Assembly: GCA_034189535.1 (NCBI GenBank)
Contig: JAXHUQ010000002.1
Span: 1 to 46,040 of the forward strand
Direction: 5' to 3'
Source of the DNA: Halobacteriota archaeon
Lineage (GTDB): Archaea > Halobacteriota > Syntropharchaeia > DAOWMC01
DNA length: 46,040 bases
In this document: positions 1-9,630 of the stretch, piece by piece
How positions within the stretch are numbered: position 1 is the first letter of the stretch
Layout: each line of letters begins with the position of its first letter
Notes under the pieces: generated by a model
The model's database searches: none
The model's input: the letters and a program-made list of their open reading frames with translations, nothing else
Told to the model about the DNA's origin: nothing
Translations under genes and position numbers: made by a program

Positions 1-612
1 GGAAGCCCCATGCACTTCTGAGAGCTTCCTACGATGAAATCAATTCCCAGATCACCAACCTCTATCTTGTCTCCTCCCATCGAGCTTACTGCATCAACCA
101 TAAACGTGACCGGAAGACTCTTGTTTACCTCTTCTATCACTTTTGAGATCTCTTTTAAAGGGTTACGTGTTCCTGTGCTGGTCTCGTTATGCGTGACAGT
201 GATTGCATCATAATCTCCACTAGATAGCTTCTCATAAATAGCGGACGGAACAGCTGCCGTACCCCATTCAAACTCCAGAAGGTCTGCACCTTTGCCATTT
301 GCCTTTGTGATCTTGTGCCATAAGTTACCGAATGCACCGATACTCACATTCAAACATTTTTCCTTGACACAGTTTCTCACAGCCGCTTCCATAAGACCTG
401 TACCTGATGAGGTAGACACGATGATCTCATATGGTCCGTAGTTGCTTTCATCTCCTACAAAAAGTAGTGTCTTCGTATTTTCAATTATCGTCTCGAGGCG
501 CTCTGAGATATCCTTTGCTCTGTGTCCATAAGGTGGGCTCTTCATCACTTCAAGCACTTCGTCTCTTACGGTAATCGGTCCGGGGATATAAAGATCGTCA
601 GTCATTGTCATA
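1..612 (-). CDS. Class V (PLP-dependent) aminotransferase, N-terminal part; gene continues beyond the left window edge
   Basis: Not in the ORF track because it is open at the window edge. Hand translation of the minus strand from ATG 612-610 gives MTMTDDLYIPGPITVRDEVLEVMKSPPYGHRAKD...STSSGTGLMEAAVRN...VTHNETSTGTRNPL...FMVDAVSSMGG...VGSSQKCMGLP. The PGP, SGTG, HNETSTG, DAVSS and SxQK (Schiff-base Lys) blocks are typical of class V aminotransferases. GAGGAA lies just upstream of the ATG. Frame is open for all 204 codons. Confidence 0.75.
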
Positions 613-862
613 ATTCCTCTTGTTCTTCACCATATTGATACTTTCGAATGTTTAATCATACTTAGTAGCCTTCTGTTTTTCAGGACATCCAGGCGGATGC
701 ATGATATAAGATTCAAAATTTGTTTTTGGAATCAAAAAGGAAATCATTTATCATCTGTAATAGAATAGCATCGGTAAGGGCAGAGATCTCAAATTGTGGT
801 CAAAAGCTTTATCCATCTGACATAAAATACCAGTGGTTGACGTAAAATATCAAGGTTCAAAT

Positions 863-2014
863 ATGGGTTTACTTAGAAACGTACTCTTCGGTTTTTTACT
901 CGTTGTTCTTCTAGTGTTGGTTGCAAACACAGTCTACAATTATATGGATATCGTTTATGATTATAACGAGACAGTAGAGGTAAATTTGAGCCTGAGAGCG
1001 CCTGAAGTTCCCACCTACGAACCACATAAATTTGAGAGTAAACCAATAGCAAGCGCTAGGTCCGGACCGGGTTATGGCTTTTACATGGAGAGCGTCAAAT
1101 CGGACTTCTATGAGTACTATGGTGGCATAATGAAGATTTGGTTTGAAAATACCGGAACAAGTCCTTTATTTGTCTATGAATATGGAATAAAACCGACATG
1201 GGTATCAGATAGTGATTGGAAGCCATCGAAGACGGGAATCAAGATAAACCCCGGTGAAAGAAAGACTCTGGGACTGAAGAACCTTGTTGCTAATGTCGTG
1301 GAAGTTGATGATGGTGGTTCGATGTCATACACCGTTCAATATGGTGTCTCGCTTATGGCAAAGAGAAGTGACGGGAAATGGTTTGACTATGGGACAGTCT
1401 TTACCGATCCGATCAAAATTGTGGTTTATCCCGCAATAGAGCCGACCGAAAAAGAGTACATCTCAAATCCAGGATACCTTCATAACGAGATGAACAGGCT
1501 TGTCAACTCAAGTGATCCCCAGGTGATTGAAATTTCAAAAAGTATTGTTGAAAAGTATCCGGGAGAATATAACGTGTATCAGATCTGCGCACTCTTTGAT
1601 TATGTTTCAGAGACTGTTGAATACGTGAGTGATCCGGTTGACGAGGAGATCTGGCAGACACCTGATGAAACACTCGAACTATGCACCGGTGATTGTGAAG
1701 ATTATGCCATCCTGATGGCTTCGCTTATCTGCGCATCTGGGGGTAATGCAAGGTTATATCTGACAGACGATCACGCATTTGCAGCGGTTTATGTCGGAGA
1801 AGATGTAAAGGGTGTAGACGATGCAATCAGGAGGTACTATAACACCCAGGCCACCATCTATTTTATGACCGACGAGTATGGTTCCTGGTTGATACTTGAT
1901 GCAGTTAGCGGTTTTTATACCGGCAATCTCCCTGTTGGCGCAACTCCTTCTATTACAGACTGGGATTTTGAGAATACAAGTACGATCACAGTAGTAGATA
2001 TCGTCGACTCTTAA
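863..2014 (+). CDS. Membrane-anchored transglutaminase-like (Cys-His-Asp) protein
   Basis: Track ORF 833..2014 starts at GTG. ATG at 863 preceded by AAGGT is the likelier start. N-terminal TM helix LLRNVLFGFLLVVLLVLVANTVY. C-terminal transglutaminase-core blocks: CTGDCEDYAILMASL (Cys), DDHAFAAVY (His), LILDAVSG (Asp). Confidence 0.7.
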   Translation: MGLLRNVLFGFLLVVLLVLVANTVYNYMDIVYDYNETVEVNLSLRAPEVPTYEPHKFESKPIASARSGPGYGFYMESVKSDFYEYYGGIMKIWFENTGTSPLFVYEYGIKPTWVSDSDWKPSKTGIKINPGERKTLGLKNLVANVVEVDDGGSMSYTVQYGVSLMAKRSDGKWFDYGTVFTDPIKIVVYPAIEPTEKEYISNPGYLHNEMNRLVNSSDPQVIEISKSIVEKYPGEYNVYQICALFDYVSETVEYVSDPVDEEIWQTPDETLELCTGDCEDYAILMASLICASGGNARLYLTDDHAFAAVYVGEDVKGVDDAIRRYYNTQATIYFMTDEYGSWLILDAVSGFYTGNLPVGATPSITDWDFENTSTITVVDIVDS

Positions 2015-2089
2015 GTTCTACACGGACGGCAGGCCTTTACCATCAAAACCAATCTTTTATATTGCAGCTGGATAGACAGCTTAAAGACC

Positions 2090-3805
2090 ATGCCATCGGA
2101 ATCAGACCTCAGAAGGGTACTCCAAAGGATAGACTCAAAAGGATATAAGGCCTACAATGATATTAAAGGCAGGTACGATTGTGAGTGTTTCACACTGTTT
2201 GTGGATTATGTTCAAAGGGACCCTTTCGCACCGCCCAGTCAGATGAGAGTAAGAATAGGTCAGGATCTGGCAGGCTTTGATGTATCTTTATTTAATACCA
2301 AGAGCAGGGAGGTTGCCTTTAGGGATTTTCTGACAAGGAGGTTCTCAGATGCGGCGCACAGGATCTGTAAGACGAACAGAGGAACAGGAAACAGCGGTGT
2401 AATATCTATCGACAGACCAGGTCAAGAGGTGTTGAGACGCACTTCAGCCTTCGTCACAAAAGATTATATAGAAGTCAGATTCGTGATGGGCCTTCCTGCT
2501 TTCGGTAGAAAGGTTGCCTCAAGACACGCAGAAGAGATGCTTCTCTTGGAACTTCCTGAGATTGTAAGGGCTTCTCTATACTTTGAGAACCTGGATGAAA
2601 AGTTACTCATCGAGCACCTAGAGGTTGTCGAAGATGCAGACTTTCTCAGGGATAAGCTCTATGATCTGGGGTTGGTTGCCTTTGTTGCCGATGGAGCGAT
2701 TCTTCCCCGTGCAAGCGGCGTTGACCCCCGTCCAATGAAAAAAGATCAAGTGGTACCATTCAAGTCCCCTGACTCTCTTCGTGTTAAAGTGGTGCTTCCA
2801 AATAGGGGTAAAATCGAGGGGATGGGGCTGAGAAAGGGTGTTAACCTCATCGTCGGTGGTGGATATCATGGGAAGTCTACACTTTTAAGGGCACTCGAAC
2901 TGGGTGTCTATAATCATATACCCGGAGACGGAAGAGAGTTTGTTGTTACAAACCCTATGACCATGAAGATAAGGGCCGAGGACGGCAGGCGTATAGAGAA
3001 GGTGGACATCTCGGCGTTCATATCAAACTTGCCGATGGGTCTTGATACCAAGGCGTTCTCGACAGAGGATGCAAGCGGAAGTACATCCCAAGCAGCAAAT
3101 ATAATCGAGGCCCTTGAAGTCGGAGCCCGTGTTCTCTTGATCGATGAGGACACATCTGCAACCAACTTTATGATAAGGGATCAGAGAATGCAGGAGCTTG
3201 TGAAGAAGGACAATGAACCGATCACGCCCTTCATAGATAAGGTCCAACAGCTTTATGAGGATCTTGGTGTCTCCACTATTCTTGCGATAGGCGGATCAGG
3301 GGATTACTTCGATGTCGCTGATTTTGTAATCTGTATGATGGAGTACAAGCCATTTGACCTTACACTTGAGGCTAAAGATATTGCAAAGAAGTATAAAACC
3401 GGTAGATCGCCTGAAGGTGGCAAGTCTTTTGGAAGGATAATAGAGCGGATTCCTCTTGCAGAAAGCTTCGATCCCAGCAAGGGAAGAAGGGATGTCAAGA
3501 TTTCATCCAAAGGATTGCAGTCAATAATCTTTGGTACACACAAGATAGATCTTGGGTATGTGGAGCAGCTGGTGAGTGTTAGCCAGACCAGGGCGATCGG
3601 AGCGGCAATATTTCTTGCTACGAAGTACATGGATGAGAAGAAGACGCTAAGAGAGATCGTTGAGATGGTACTTGATGATATAAGAAAGGATGGTCTTGAG
3701 AGGCTGGACAGCAGACCGGTGGGCGACTTAGCAGAGTTCAGAGAGCTTGAGCTGGCCTCTGCCATCAACAGGCTGAGGACCTTAAGGGTTAGAAAGCATG
3801 CCTGA
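2090..3805 (+). CDS. Stand-alone ABC-class ATPase (COG3044 / ABC_ATPase-family), no transporter partner
   Basis: 571-aa ORF. N-terminal block LRRVLQRIDSKGYKAYNDIKGRY...VDYVQRDPFAPPS is characteristic of this family as I remember it. Walker A GGGYHGKSTLLRAL. Walker-B-like VLLIDEDTSATNF. All antisense ORFs inside it look like shadows. Confidence 0.7.
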   Translation: MPSESDLRRVLQRIDSKGYKAYNDIKGRYDCECFTLFVDYVQRDPFAPPSQMRVRIGQDLAGFDVSLFNTKSREVAFRDFLTRRFSDAAHRICKTNRGTGNSGVISIDRPGQEVLRRTSAFVTKDYIEVRFVMGLPAFGRKVASRHAEEMLLLELPEIVRASLYFENLDEKLLIEHLEVVEDADFLRDKLYDLGLVAFVADGAILPRASGVDPRPMKKDQVVPFKSPDSLRVKVVLPNRGKIEGMGLRKGVNLIVGGGYHGKSTLLRALELGVYNHIPGDGREFVVTNPMTMKIRAEDGRRIEKVDISAFISNLPMGLDTKAFSTEDASGSTSQAANIIEALEVGARVLLIDEDTSATNFMIRDQRMQELVKKDNEPITPFIDKVQQLYEDLGVSTILAIGGSGDYFDVADFVICMMEYKPFDLTLEAKDIAKKYKTGRSPEGGKSFGRIIERIPLAESFDPSKGRRDVKISSKGLQSIIFGTHKIDLGYVEQLVSVSQTRAIGAAIFLATKYMDEKKTLREIVEMVLDDIRKDGLERLDSRPVGDLAEFRELELASAINRLRTLRVRKHA

Positions 3806-3820
3806 AAGATTGTACCACTC

Positions 3821-5152
3821 TCAACCGACAACTTTCATGTCTCTTACTCTCACTGTAGGAACTATCACATTTCCTGCTGTCTTGACATCGGTATCAAGAC
3901 CGTCGATATTTTTAATGAGATCAAAGACATTTCCCGATACCATAACCTGTTTGATCGGCTCACTGATTTCCCCGTTTTTTATCAGGAAAGCGTTTCTCCC
4001 GTCAAGTGAGAAATCGCCTGACACCGGATTTGCAGTATGACCCCCGATCACTGATGTAATAAGTATCCCATCGTCTGTTTCAGATATGAGATCTGATGTA
4101 GGGTAATCTATGATCAGATTTCCGATCTCGATATGAGGTGAAGCTGAATATGATGGGCGTGTGGCATTACCTGTGCTTAAAATCCCCTCTTTTGACGCTG
4201 TGTGGTGATCATATAAAAACGAGGTGAGTTCACCCTTTCTGATGAGCTCAACCTTCTGAGAAGGCGTCCCTTCATCATCGGATGGAGATGTTCCGATTCC
4301 ACCATCTCTGAGTCCATCATCTACCATGCTCAGTTCACTTGGGGCTATATCCTCGCCTATCTTACCTTCAAGCGAGGATCTATTCTTCTGAACATTTTCT
4401 GCATTTAGTGATGGTATAAAAGCGTTCTCAAGGATATCAACAAAGGCGTACGGTCTAAAGAGTACTGTAGTGGTATCCGGATCAATTTTTACACCATGTA
4501 AAGAACTTTCTGCAAGTTTTGAAGCATCTCTTCCGAGATCGAAATAGTCGATATTCATGCTTCTAGAGACCTCGTACTCATAAGCAGTAGATACATCATC
4601 TCCATCTCTTGCAACCGATTCAACGTAAGCTTGAAGAAATGTTTCCTTTCTACCGATCTCAACACCATTGGAGTTCATCACGACAAAGTCATAAGTAAGA
4701 AACCTGAGTGATCCCGAAGTTGGTTTGGAGACCTTAGTATCGGCTCCACTGATCATCATTGAGGCGATATCGAGGCATTCTTCTATACTCACCTCATCGA
4801 TCTTCTTATCATATATTCCCTTGACATCTTTGTACTTTCCAGCCGGTGGCAAGCTTTTCCAATCACCGTCACCATCGGCATCGCTCACCTCAGCACATTT
4901 TATCGCATTTACCACCGATTGATCTATCTTCTCAAAGTCGTTTGTTGAAGAAAATCCGATAGATTTTCCGCAAAGGGCCCTTATACCGGCACCTCTCTCG
5001 AAGCTTACTCTTGCCAGGTTGATCTCATCCTTGACGATCTCGATATTAGAAGATTTTCCTGAGATGCAGAAGATCTCTAACTCATCTGCTCCTGATCTTT
5101 CTCCCACCTTCAGGGCCTCTCTTCCCACCTCGTATAGTTCTTCAAGCACCAT
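3821..5152 (-). CDS. TldD/PmbA-family metalloprotease-like protein
   Basis: Track ORF 3821..5170 starts at GTG. In-frame ATG at 5152 (MVLEELYEVGREAL...) is the likelier start. Family-typical blocks: GAGIRALCGKSIGFSSTND and C-terminal ITSVIGGHTANPVSGDFSLDGRNAFLIKNGE. Convergent with the ABC-class ATPase across a 15-nt gap. Confidence 0.75.
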   Translation of the reverse strand: MVLEELYEVGREALKVGERSGADELEIFCISGKSSNIEIVKDEINLARVSFERGAGIRALCGKSIGFSSTNDFEKIDQSVVNAIKCAEVSDADGDGDWKSLPPAGKYKDVKGIYDKKIDEVSIEECLDIASMMISGADTKVSKPTSGSLRFLTYDFVVMNSNGVEIGRKETFLQAYVESVARDGDDVSTAYEYEVSRSMNIDYFDLGRDASKLAESSLHGVKIDPDTTTVLFRPYAFVDILENAFIPSLNAENVQKNRSSLEGKIGEDIAPSELSMVDDGLRDGGIGTSPSDDEGTPSQKVELIRKGELTSFLYDHHTASKEGILSTGNATRPSYSASPHIEIGNLIIDYPTSDLISETDDGILITSVIGGHTANPVSGDFSLDGRNAFLIKNGEISEPIKQVMVSGNVFDLIKNIDGLDTDVKTAGNVIVPTVRVRDMKVVG

Positions 5153-5262
5153 GAAAACACCAAATAACACTTTACAATTCTACAACTACTTCATCCCTTC
5201 ACCTATTAAAACACAATGGTTAAAGAGTCGTAAAAGGAATAAAGAAGAGTACCGGGGCAAAT

Positions 5263-5925
5263 ATGAAGGACATTAAAGTTATCTCCTTTGACATGGACGG
5301 CACACTGGTCGATCTGAAGTTCGTTGATCTTGTCTGGCAAGAAGGAATACCCCTCTTGTATGCAAAGAAAGAAGGAATTGTCTTTGAAGAGGCAAGAGAA
5401 CGAGTGAGAAGTGAGTACAAGAAATTTGGAGAGTACGCGATTGAGTGGTATGATATCACCTTCTGGTTCGATTATTTCTCCTTTGAAGAGAGCTGGGAAG
5501 AGATGGTGGATAGGTACAGACACGAGATCGAGGTCTTTGCCGAAGTGCCAAAGGTACTGGACGCACTCAAGGATGATTATCAGTTGATCGTCGGATCCAA
5601 TGCGACAAGAGAGTTCATCGACAGGGAGCTACATGGCTACGAGAGTTACTTCAAACACACATTCTCATCAACGTCTGATTTTGATCAAGTAAAAAAGACA
5701 TCTGATTTCTATGCAAATATCTGTAATGTGATGGGTGTTGGCCCGGAAGAGATCGTTCATGTAGGCGATCACTGGGAGTTCGATTATCTGGCACCAAGAG
5801 AGCTTGGTATCACCTCTTTCTTTCTGGATCGGGATGGAAAAAAGACTGGAGATGTAGGTGATTTAACAGTAAGTGATCTGGAAGAGATGTGCAGGTATAT
5901 AACGGATGGAATGGGTGATCTGTAA
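5263..5925 (+). CDS. HAD-superfamily hydrolase
   Basis: Motif I ISFDMDGTLVD. Motif II-like LIVGSNA. Motif III/IV K...HVGDHWEFD. GGGG Shine-Dalgarno-like sequence upstream of the ATG. Confidence 0.75.
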   Translation: MKDIKVISFDMDGTLVDLKFVDLVWQEGIPLLYAKKEGIVFEEARERVRSEYKKFGEYAIEWYDITFWFDYFSFEESWEEMVDRYRHEIEVFAEVPKVLDALKDDYQLIVGSNATREFIDRELHGYESYFKHTFSSTSDFDQVKKTSDFYANICNVMGVGPEEIVHVGDHWEFDYLAPRELGITSFFLDRDGKKTGDVGDLTVSDLEEMCRYITDGMGDL

Positions 5926-6247
5926 GAGTAGCCCAATAGGTTGAGACCATACTTATGGGCCAAGGGTAGTTAAAGTGAAGGAGTATGCCAGGAGAGTACT
6001 CTAGGGTTTTTCGCTTAAACTTGCTGAACTGAAACGGTAAATCGGATAAGACATTCTCACAAAGGTCACTTTTCCATATAGGTATGAGATGAGGGGGTAT
6101 TGTAATATATTTAAACAACATAATTGATGATTTGTGAGGAGATTTCAACATGAAAGAATGGATCGATGAAAAGATCGAGTATTTGTATCCATTGATCGGT
6201 CGTGTTCCTCCAAATGATTTCCTCTTTGAACCTACCAATGAATTATC

Positions 6248-6778
6248 ATGTTGGGTCTAGGTAAGTTGCTCCTAAATGGAGTGGAAGAAAGAACCGGAGC
6301 TTTGACCAAAAAATTGTGTTATTTACCCATTTCTGATTTGATACGTGCATACACGAAGGTAAGTTCACTTTATGGAGTCCCAACCGACAATTATCTCGAC
6401 AATTTATCTTATCCGGCTTATTCTAAGGTTAAATCCCTTCTTTTAGCCGATTTAAAAGAGAGGTGCTCAGAAGTTCAGAACATTGAGTTGATTATAAAGG
6501 ATGTGTATCTTAAAATTAGAGATAATCAAGAGTTGATCAATAGAAATATCGGTAGTTTCAAGATTGAGCCAGAGGACAGCGAGATATTTGTTAATTTGAA
6601 CAGTTACCAGTTTGAACAAGGTTTCGAAGATCATACCTCTCATATCAATGCAAAGATACGAAGTGTTAAAGAGAGGATAGAAATAGAGAGGGAGCGTATA
6701 CCATTTAAAACCGCAGATCTTGAAATTATTCGGATGGAAAATGATTCTTTTCGACATATTATAATCGTGGAAAGTTGA
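6248..6778 (+). CDS. Hypothetical protein, no recognisable domain
   Basis: 176-aa ORF in an AT-rich stretch. Its start overlaps the end of a 36-codon ORF (6150..6260). Its stop overlaps the start of the TPR-like ORF (6775). Coding status uncertain. Confidence 0.4.
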   Translation: MLGLGKLLLNGVEERTGALTKKLCYLPISDLIRAYTKVSSLYGVPTDNYLDNLSYPAYSKVKSLLLADLKERCSEVQNIELIIKDVYLKIRDNQELINRNIGSFKIEPEDSEIFVNLNSYQFEQGFEDHTSHINAKIRSVKERIEIERERIPFKTADLEIIRMENDSFRHIIIVES

Positions 6779-7107
6779 ATAGTGATTTTAATCAAAAACA
6801 CAAGGCTATAGATGATTATTCTGAAGCTATTAGACTGAATCCTACTCGTGCAAATGCCCATATCAAACAAAAAAATCATGCAAAGGCCTACAAAGAACGC
6901 GGAAATAACTATCTTCGTTTGGATAAAAGTGTAGAGGTGGTAAACGATTTTCAAATGACTCTAAGACTGAACCCGGACGATCAGAAGACTAAAAATGATC
7001 TTAAAAATGCATTTTCTTCTTTGGGTGAACCGGAAGGGTTGACAATATATGTTAAGACCAAGATAAAGATTTATTCACTTGAGGTCATAAATCAGATTAG
7101 AAGATAA
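6775..7107 (+). CDS. TPR-repeat fragment / small TPR protein, possibly a gene remnant
   Basis: TTG-initiated 110-aa ORF. AIDDYSEAIRLNPTRANAH...AYKERGNNYLRLDKSVEVVNDFQMTLRLNPDD matches the TPR consensus (A..dy.eAi.lnP ... a...G..y........A..d....l.l.P.d). Only about two repeats and no canonical ATG start. Confidence 0.35.
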   Translation: MNSDFNQKHKAIDDYSEAIRLNPTRANAHIKQKNHAKAYKERGNNYLRLDKSVEVVNDFQMTLRLNPDDQKTKNDLKNAFSSLGEPEGLTIYVKTKIKIYSLEVINQIRR

Positions 7108-7168
7108 TAAAGAATTCAAGATACAAGATATTATACTGAAAATACACTGAAAAAGGAGATGGTAAAGA

Positions 7169-7495
7169 ATGGCCAAATACCTAAAACCAGCAATAATAGG
7201 AATTATTGTAGCCTTTATCCTCGGAATCTTCATGACACCATTCATCTCTGTTATTATCGGCGGTTTTATCGCAGGTATTCTCAGCAAAGGAGGTGTTCGG
7301 AGTGGTGCCTTCGTTGGCTTCCTTCTGGGGTTCATATCGGCGATACCATTTTTCATAATGGCAGGTGTGATCGGATCTATCGTTCCGTTTGTTGGGGCGA
7401 TGATAGGCGGACTTGGTGCGGGTTTGATGTTTATCATCGGAATACTCGGCCTTGTCGGAGGTGCGATCGGCGGACTGTTAGGCGGAAAGGAGTGA
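7169..7495 (+). CDS. Small glycine-rich integral membrane protein, about 4 TM segments
   Basis: 108 aa, almost entirely hydrophobic or Gly-rich (IIGIIVAFILGIF, VIIGGFIAGIL, FVGFLLGFISAIPFFIMAGVIGSIV, GLGAGLMFIIGILGLVGGAIGGLLGG). GGAGATGG upstream. The competing frames 7159..7500 (+) and 7075..7437 (-) give low-complexity Arg/Cys- or Pro-rich peptides. Confidence 0.6.
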   Translation: MAKYLKPAIIGIIVAFILGIFMTPFISVIIGGFIAGILSKGGVRSGAFVGFLLGFISAIPFFIMAGVIGSIVPFVGAMIGGLGAGLMFIIGILGLVGGAIGGLLGGKE

Positions 7496-7589
7496 GATGA
7501 GTATAATCGTTGGTCTCTCTAAACAGAGAGATGTCAGGTATCCTGTTAGGATTGGATTTAAAATGGTGTACAACACCTCTTATTTCGAT

Positions 7590-7610
7590 CAACCTTTTGT
7601 GAAAAGGTTG
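7590..7610. terminator. Perfect 9-bp stem / 3-nt loop hairpin between convergent genes; candidate bidirectional terminator
   Basis: CAACCTTTT-gtg-AAAAGGTTG read directly at 7590-7610. It lies between the + strand gene ending at 7495 and the - strand gene ending at 7731. The T4/A4 runs sit inside the stem. Confidence 0.4.
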
Positions 7611-7730
7611 GTATGGAACCATGCCACTTCGATTATCGATTTGTTATAATAACATGCGTGTATCTGATGTAAGAGAAATATAATTGCTAGCTGATTCCTT
7701 GACGTTAAACGCCATCGTTATTACTCATAC

Positions 7731-8612
7731 TTATGAGTTTTCCGGGGTTAATGTCTCGATTTGAAGATTTCTCCAATTACCTTTCCACAGAAAAACAATG
7801 CCTAGTATGACCAAGATTGTATTGACCCACAATCCAGCTATAAGGCTAGTGCCAATAGTGATTTGAAGTGAGTCTCGAACACCGTCATAGGTAGCATGAT
7901 ATACAGTAGCAACAGCCAAGCTGCGACTGCGCGACCATATATACGCATAAACGACGCCGTGTAGTATAGCTGGAATAGCACCGACAAAAACTACTATGGC
8001 AACTGTGACAGCCACGGATAGGTTAACGGACATACCCATCTCTTCTGTACTATTGATACCAGTCCGAACTCCTGCGACAGCCAAAAGAGGTAGATGCCAT
8101 GCCCACCAAATGATGGCGTGAAGTAAAACTGATTTATTCACACTCATTTGGCGAGCTAGACGTGGTAACATATAACCACGCCAACCAAACTCCTCACCAA
8201 AACCGGGTATGAGTGAAACGAATAGGAATACGAATATCCAGAATATCTGTGTCCTGGTTAAAACACTGGGTAAACTCAGCGTCCCTAACGCAAGATCAAT
8301 AAGTGTGGGGACGACCCACAACAGCAATACTAGTCCGACAACAGCTAAGTAGTATTTCAGTTTGCCCCATCGCCAACCGGCATTCTCGAAGCCATCCTGA
8401 AAAACGTAACGTCCAGCGATGAATGTACCAACCATCACCATTATCATTGAAGTAGCATTCAACGCATAGCTGGATAACAAGTCAGTAGCCCATATTGTGC
8501 TTACAATCTGAAACGGCCACGATATGCCAAACACAATCAACAGGTAGAGGCTTAGTGAAAAAGATCGTTTTTGAGAAATATCCTCCTTATTTTTTTCCAA
8601 CATATATTCCAC
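7731..8612 (-). CDS. CPBP-family (CAAX/Abi-type) intramembrane glutamic protease
   Basis: Polytopic membrane protein. Motif 1 GFGEEFGWRGYMLPRL (EExxxR). Motif 2 LLHAIIWWAWHLP (HxxxH-type). Later YHATYD block. Start may be the downstream Met (8603). Confidence 0.75.
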   Translation of the reverse strand: MEYMLEKNKEDISQKRSFSLSLYLLIVFGISWPFQIVSTIWATDLLSSYALNATSMIMVMVGTFIAGRYVFQDGFENAGWRWGKLKYYLAVVGLVLLLWVVPTLIDLALGTLSLPSVLTRTQIFWIFVFLFVSLIPGFGEEFGWRGYMLPRLARQMSVNKSVLLHAIIWWAWHLPLLAVAGVRTGINSTEEMGMSVNLSVAVTVAIVVFVGAIPAILHGVVYAYIWSRSRSLAVATVYHATYDGVRDSLQITIGTSLIAGLWVNTILVILGIVFLWKGNWRNLQIETLTPENS

Positions 8613-9327
8613 ATCCTAAGTAATTAGTAATATCCCTGGCAGCGGGCGATGATTCTTTTATGAACCTTCTGTTAGCTGATAGAAACTTATACCAACCTTT
8701 TAGAAAATCTTTAAAACCGAGCCACCTGCTTTGCTCGATAATTTCGCTTAGAGCAGTCACTTTATAAATTTTTCCTATTACGTCCCTTAACCCAGAGTCT
8801 TTTAACAAATCTTGCCACCCATCAAAAGTTGGAATATCTCCGAAAAAGGACAGGTCTTCGACTAATTCTGGGGGTGATGCCTTTATCCAACTCATGCTAC
8901 AAAGCCCAACGTATCCTCCTTTCTTCGTCACTCGCACACACTCGCTTATCACTCCCTTCTTATCCTCCATAATTGCAATTGCATCTTCGCTAATTACTAC
9001 ATCAAAAAAGTCATCCTCAAAGGGGAGATTTTGCGCATCAGCTAGTCTAAATTCAACTCTTTCAGCTATACCTTCTCTTTCCGCTCTCTTCTTTGAACTA
9101 TCCACCATCTTTTCCAAAATATCTATACCCACCACTTTACAGTCATGTTTTTTTGCAATATAACAAGGTGTTATTCCAACGCCACAACCGACATCCAAGA
9201 CGTATTTGCCTTTACCTATATCACACAAGTTAATTAGCTCTTTTGTGGCCTTTAAGCCCCCCACATGTTTAGTGAATCCTACATCATTTAGCAAATCCAA
9301 AATATTAGATTCTTTTAAATTCTTCAT
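8587..9327 (-). CDS. Class I SAM-dependent methyltransferase
   Basis: Motif I VLDVGCGVGITPCYIAKK. Acidic post-I VVGIDILE. Motif II-like FDVVISEDA. Track ORF starts at 9363. ATG at 9327 (MKNLKESN...) preceded by AGGGGAAAA is the likelier start. The 3' end overlaps the CPBP gene start by 26 nt. Confidence 0.8.
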   Translation of the reverse strand: MKNLKESNILDLLNDVGFTKHVGGLKATKELINLCDIGKGKYVLDVGCGVGITPCYIAKKHDCKVVGIDILEKMVDSSKKRAEREGIAERVEFRLADAQNLPFEDDFFDVVISEDAIAIMEDKKGVISECVRVTKKGGYVGLCSMSWIKASPPELVEDLSFFGDIPTFDGWQDLLKDSGLRDVIGKIYKVTALSEIIEQSRWLGFKDFLKGWYKFLSANRRFIKESSPAARDITNYLGCGIYVGKK

Positions 9328-9630
9328 TTTATTTTCCCCTATTATAAGCCCCATCCATACCACTCCATTTTGAAAACGGGTGAATCCACGTTTGCCGTTG
9401 TTTGGGTATTTGGTTTACTTTGTGGACTTCTTGTTTTAAATGTTTTAGGTATAACGTTCCGGTGTATGCGAAGTCCGAGCAAAGTAAGGATTTGAATGGA
9501 TTGGTGCAACCCCCTAGAGCTGCGTAGCGGATGTTGTGGGGGACGTGCTGTAACTGGATCAGCCCGCCAATCAAGTGGGGCAATTTGTTATGTGAATATT
9601 ACATTAGGTATTTTACATTTGCTGATTTTC

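Noticed and set aside
2618-3831. Several minus-strand ORFs (2618..2869, 2914..3165, 3023..3247, 3304..3831) inside the ABC-class ATPase gene, plus 3798..4040 (+) and 4725..4922 (+) inside the PmbA gene.
   Set aside because: They have no motifs and show low-complexity Ser/Leu-rich composition. They are fully nested in genes with clear family signatures on the other strand.
5810-6238. 142-aa minus-strand ORF overlapping the 3' end of the HAD gene and the following spacer. Also 5206..5523 and 5220..5459 (-).
   Set aside because: It overlaps a well-supported HAD hydrolase gene, has no motifs and no Shine-Dalgarno-like sequence. It is probably a chance ORF in AT-rich DNA.
7075-7500. Alternative frames over the small membrane protein: 7159..7500 (+), Arg/Cys/Tyr-rich, and 7075..7437 (-), Pro/Ile-rich.
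   Set aside because: The 7169..7495 frame gives a coherent four-helix Gly-rich membrane protein with a Shine-Dalgarno-like sequence. The others are compositional echoes of the GGN/ATN-rich codons.
9329-9583. 84-aa minus-strand ORF upstream of the methyltransferase gene. I also considered a CCCCC...GGGGG pairing at about 9510-9545 as a possible tRNA fragment or att site.
   Set aside because: The ORF has no motifs and overlaps the extended, unlikely N-terminus of the methyltransferase ORF. The pairing does not extend into a cloverleaf and has no duplicate elsewhere in the window.
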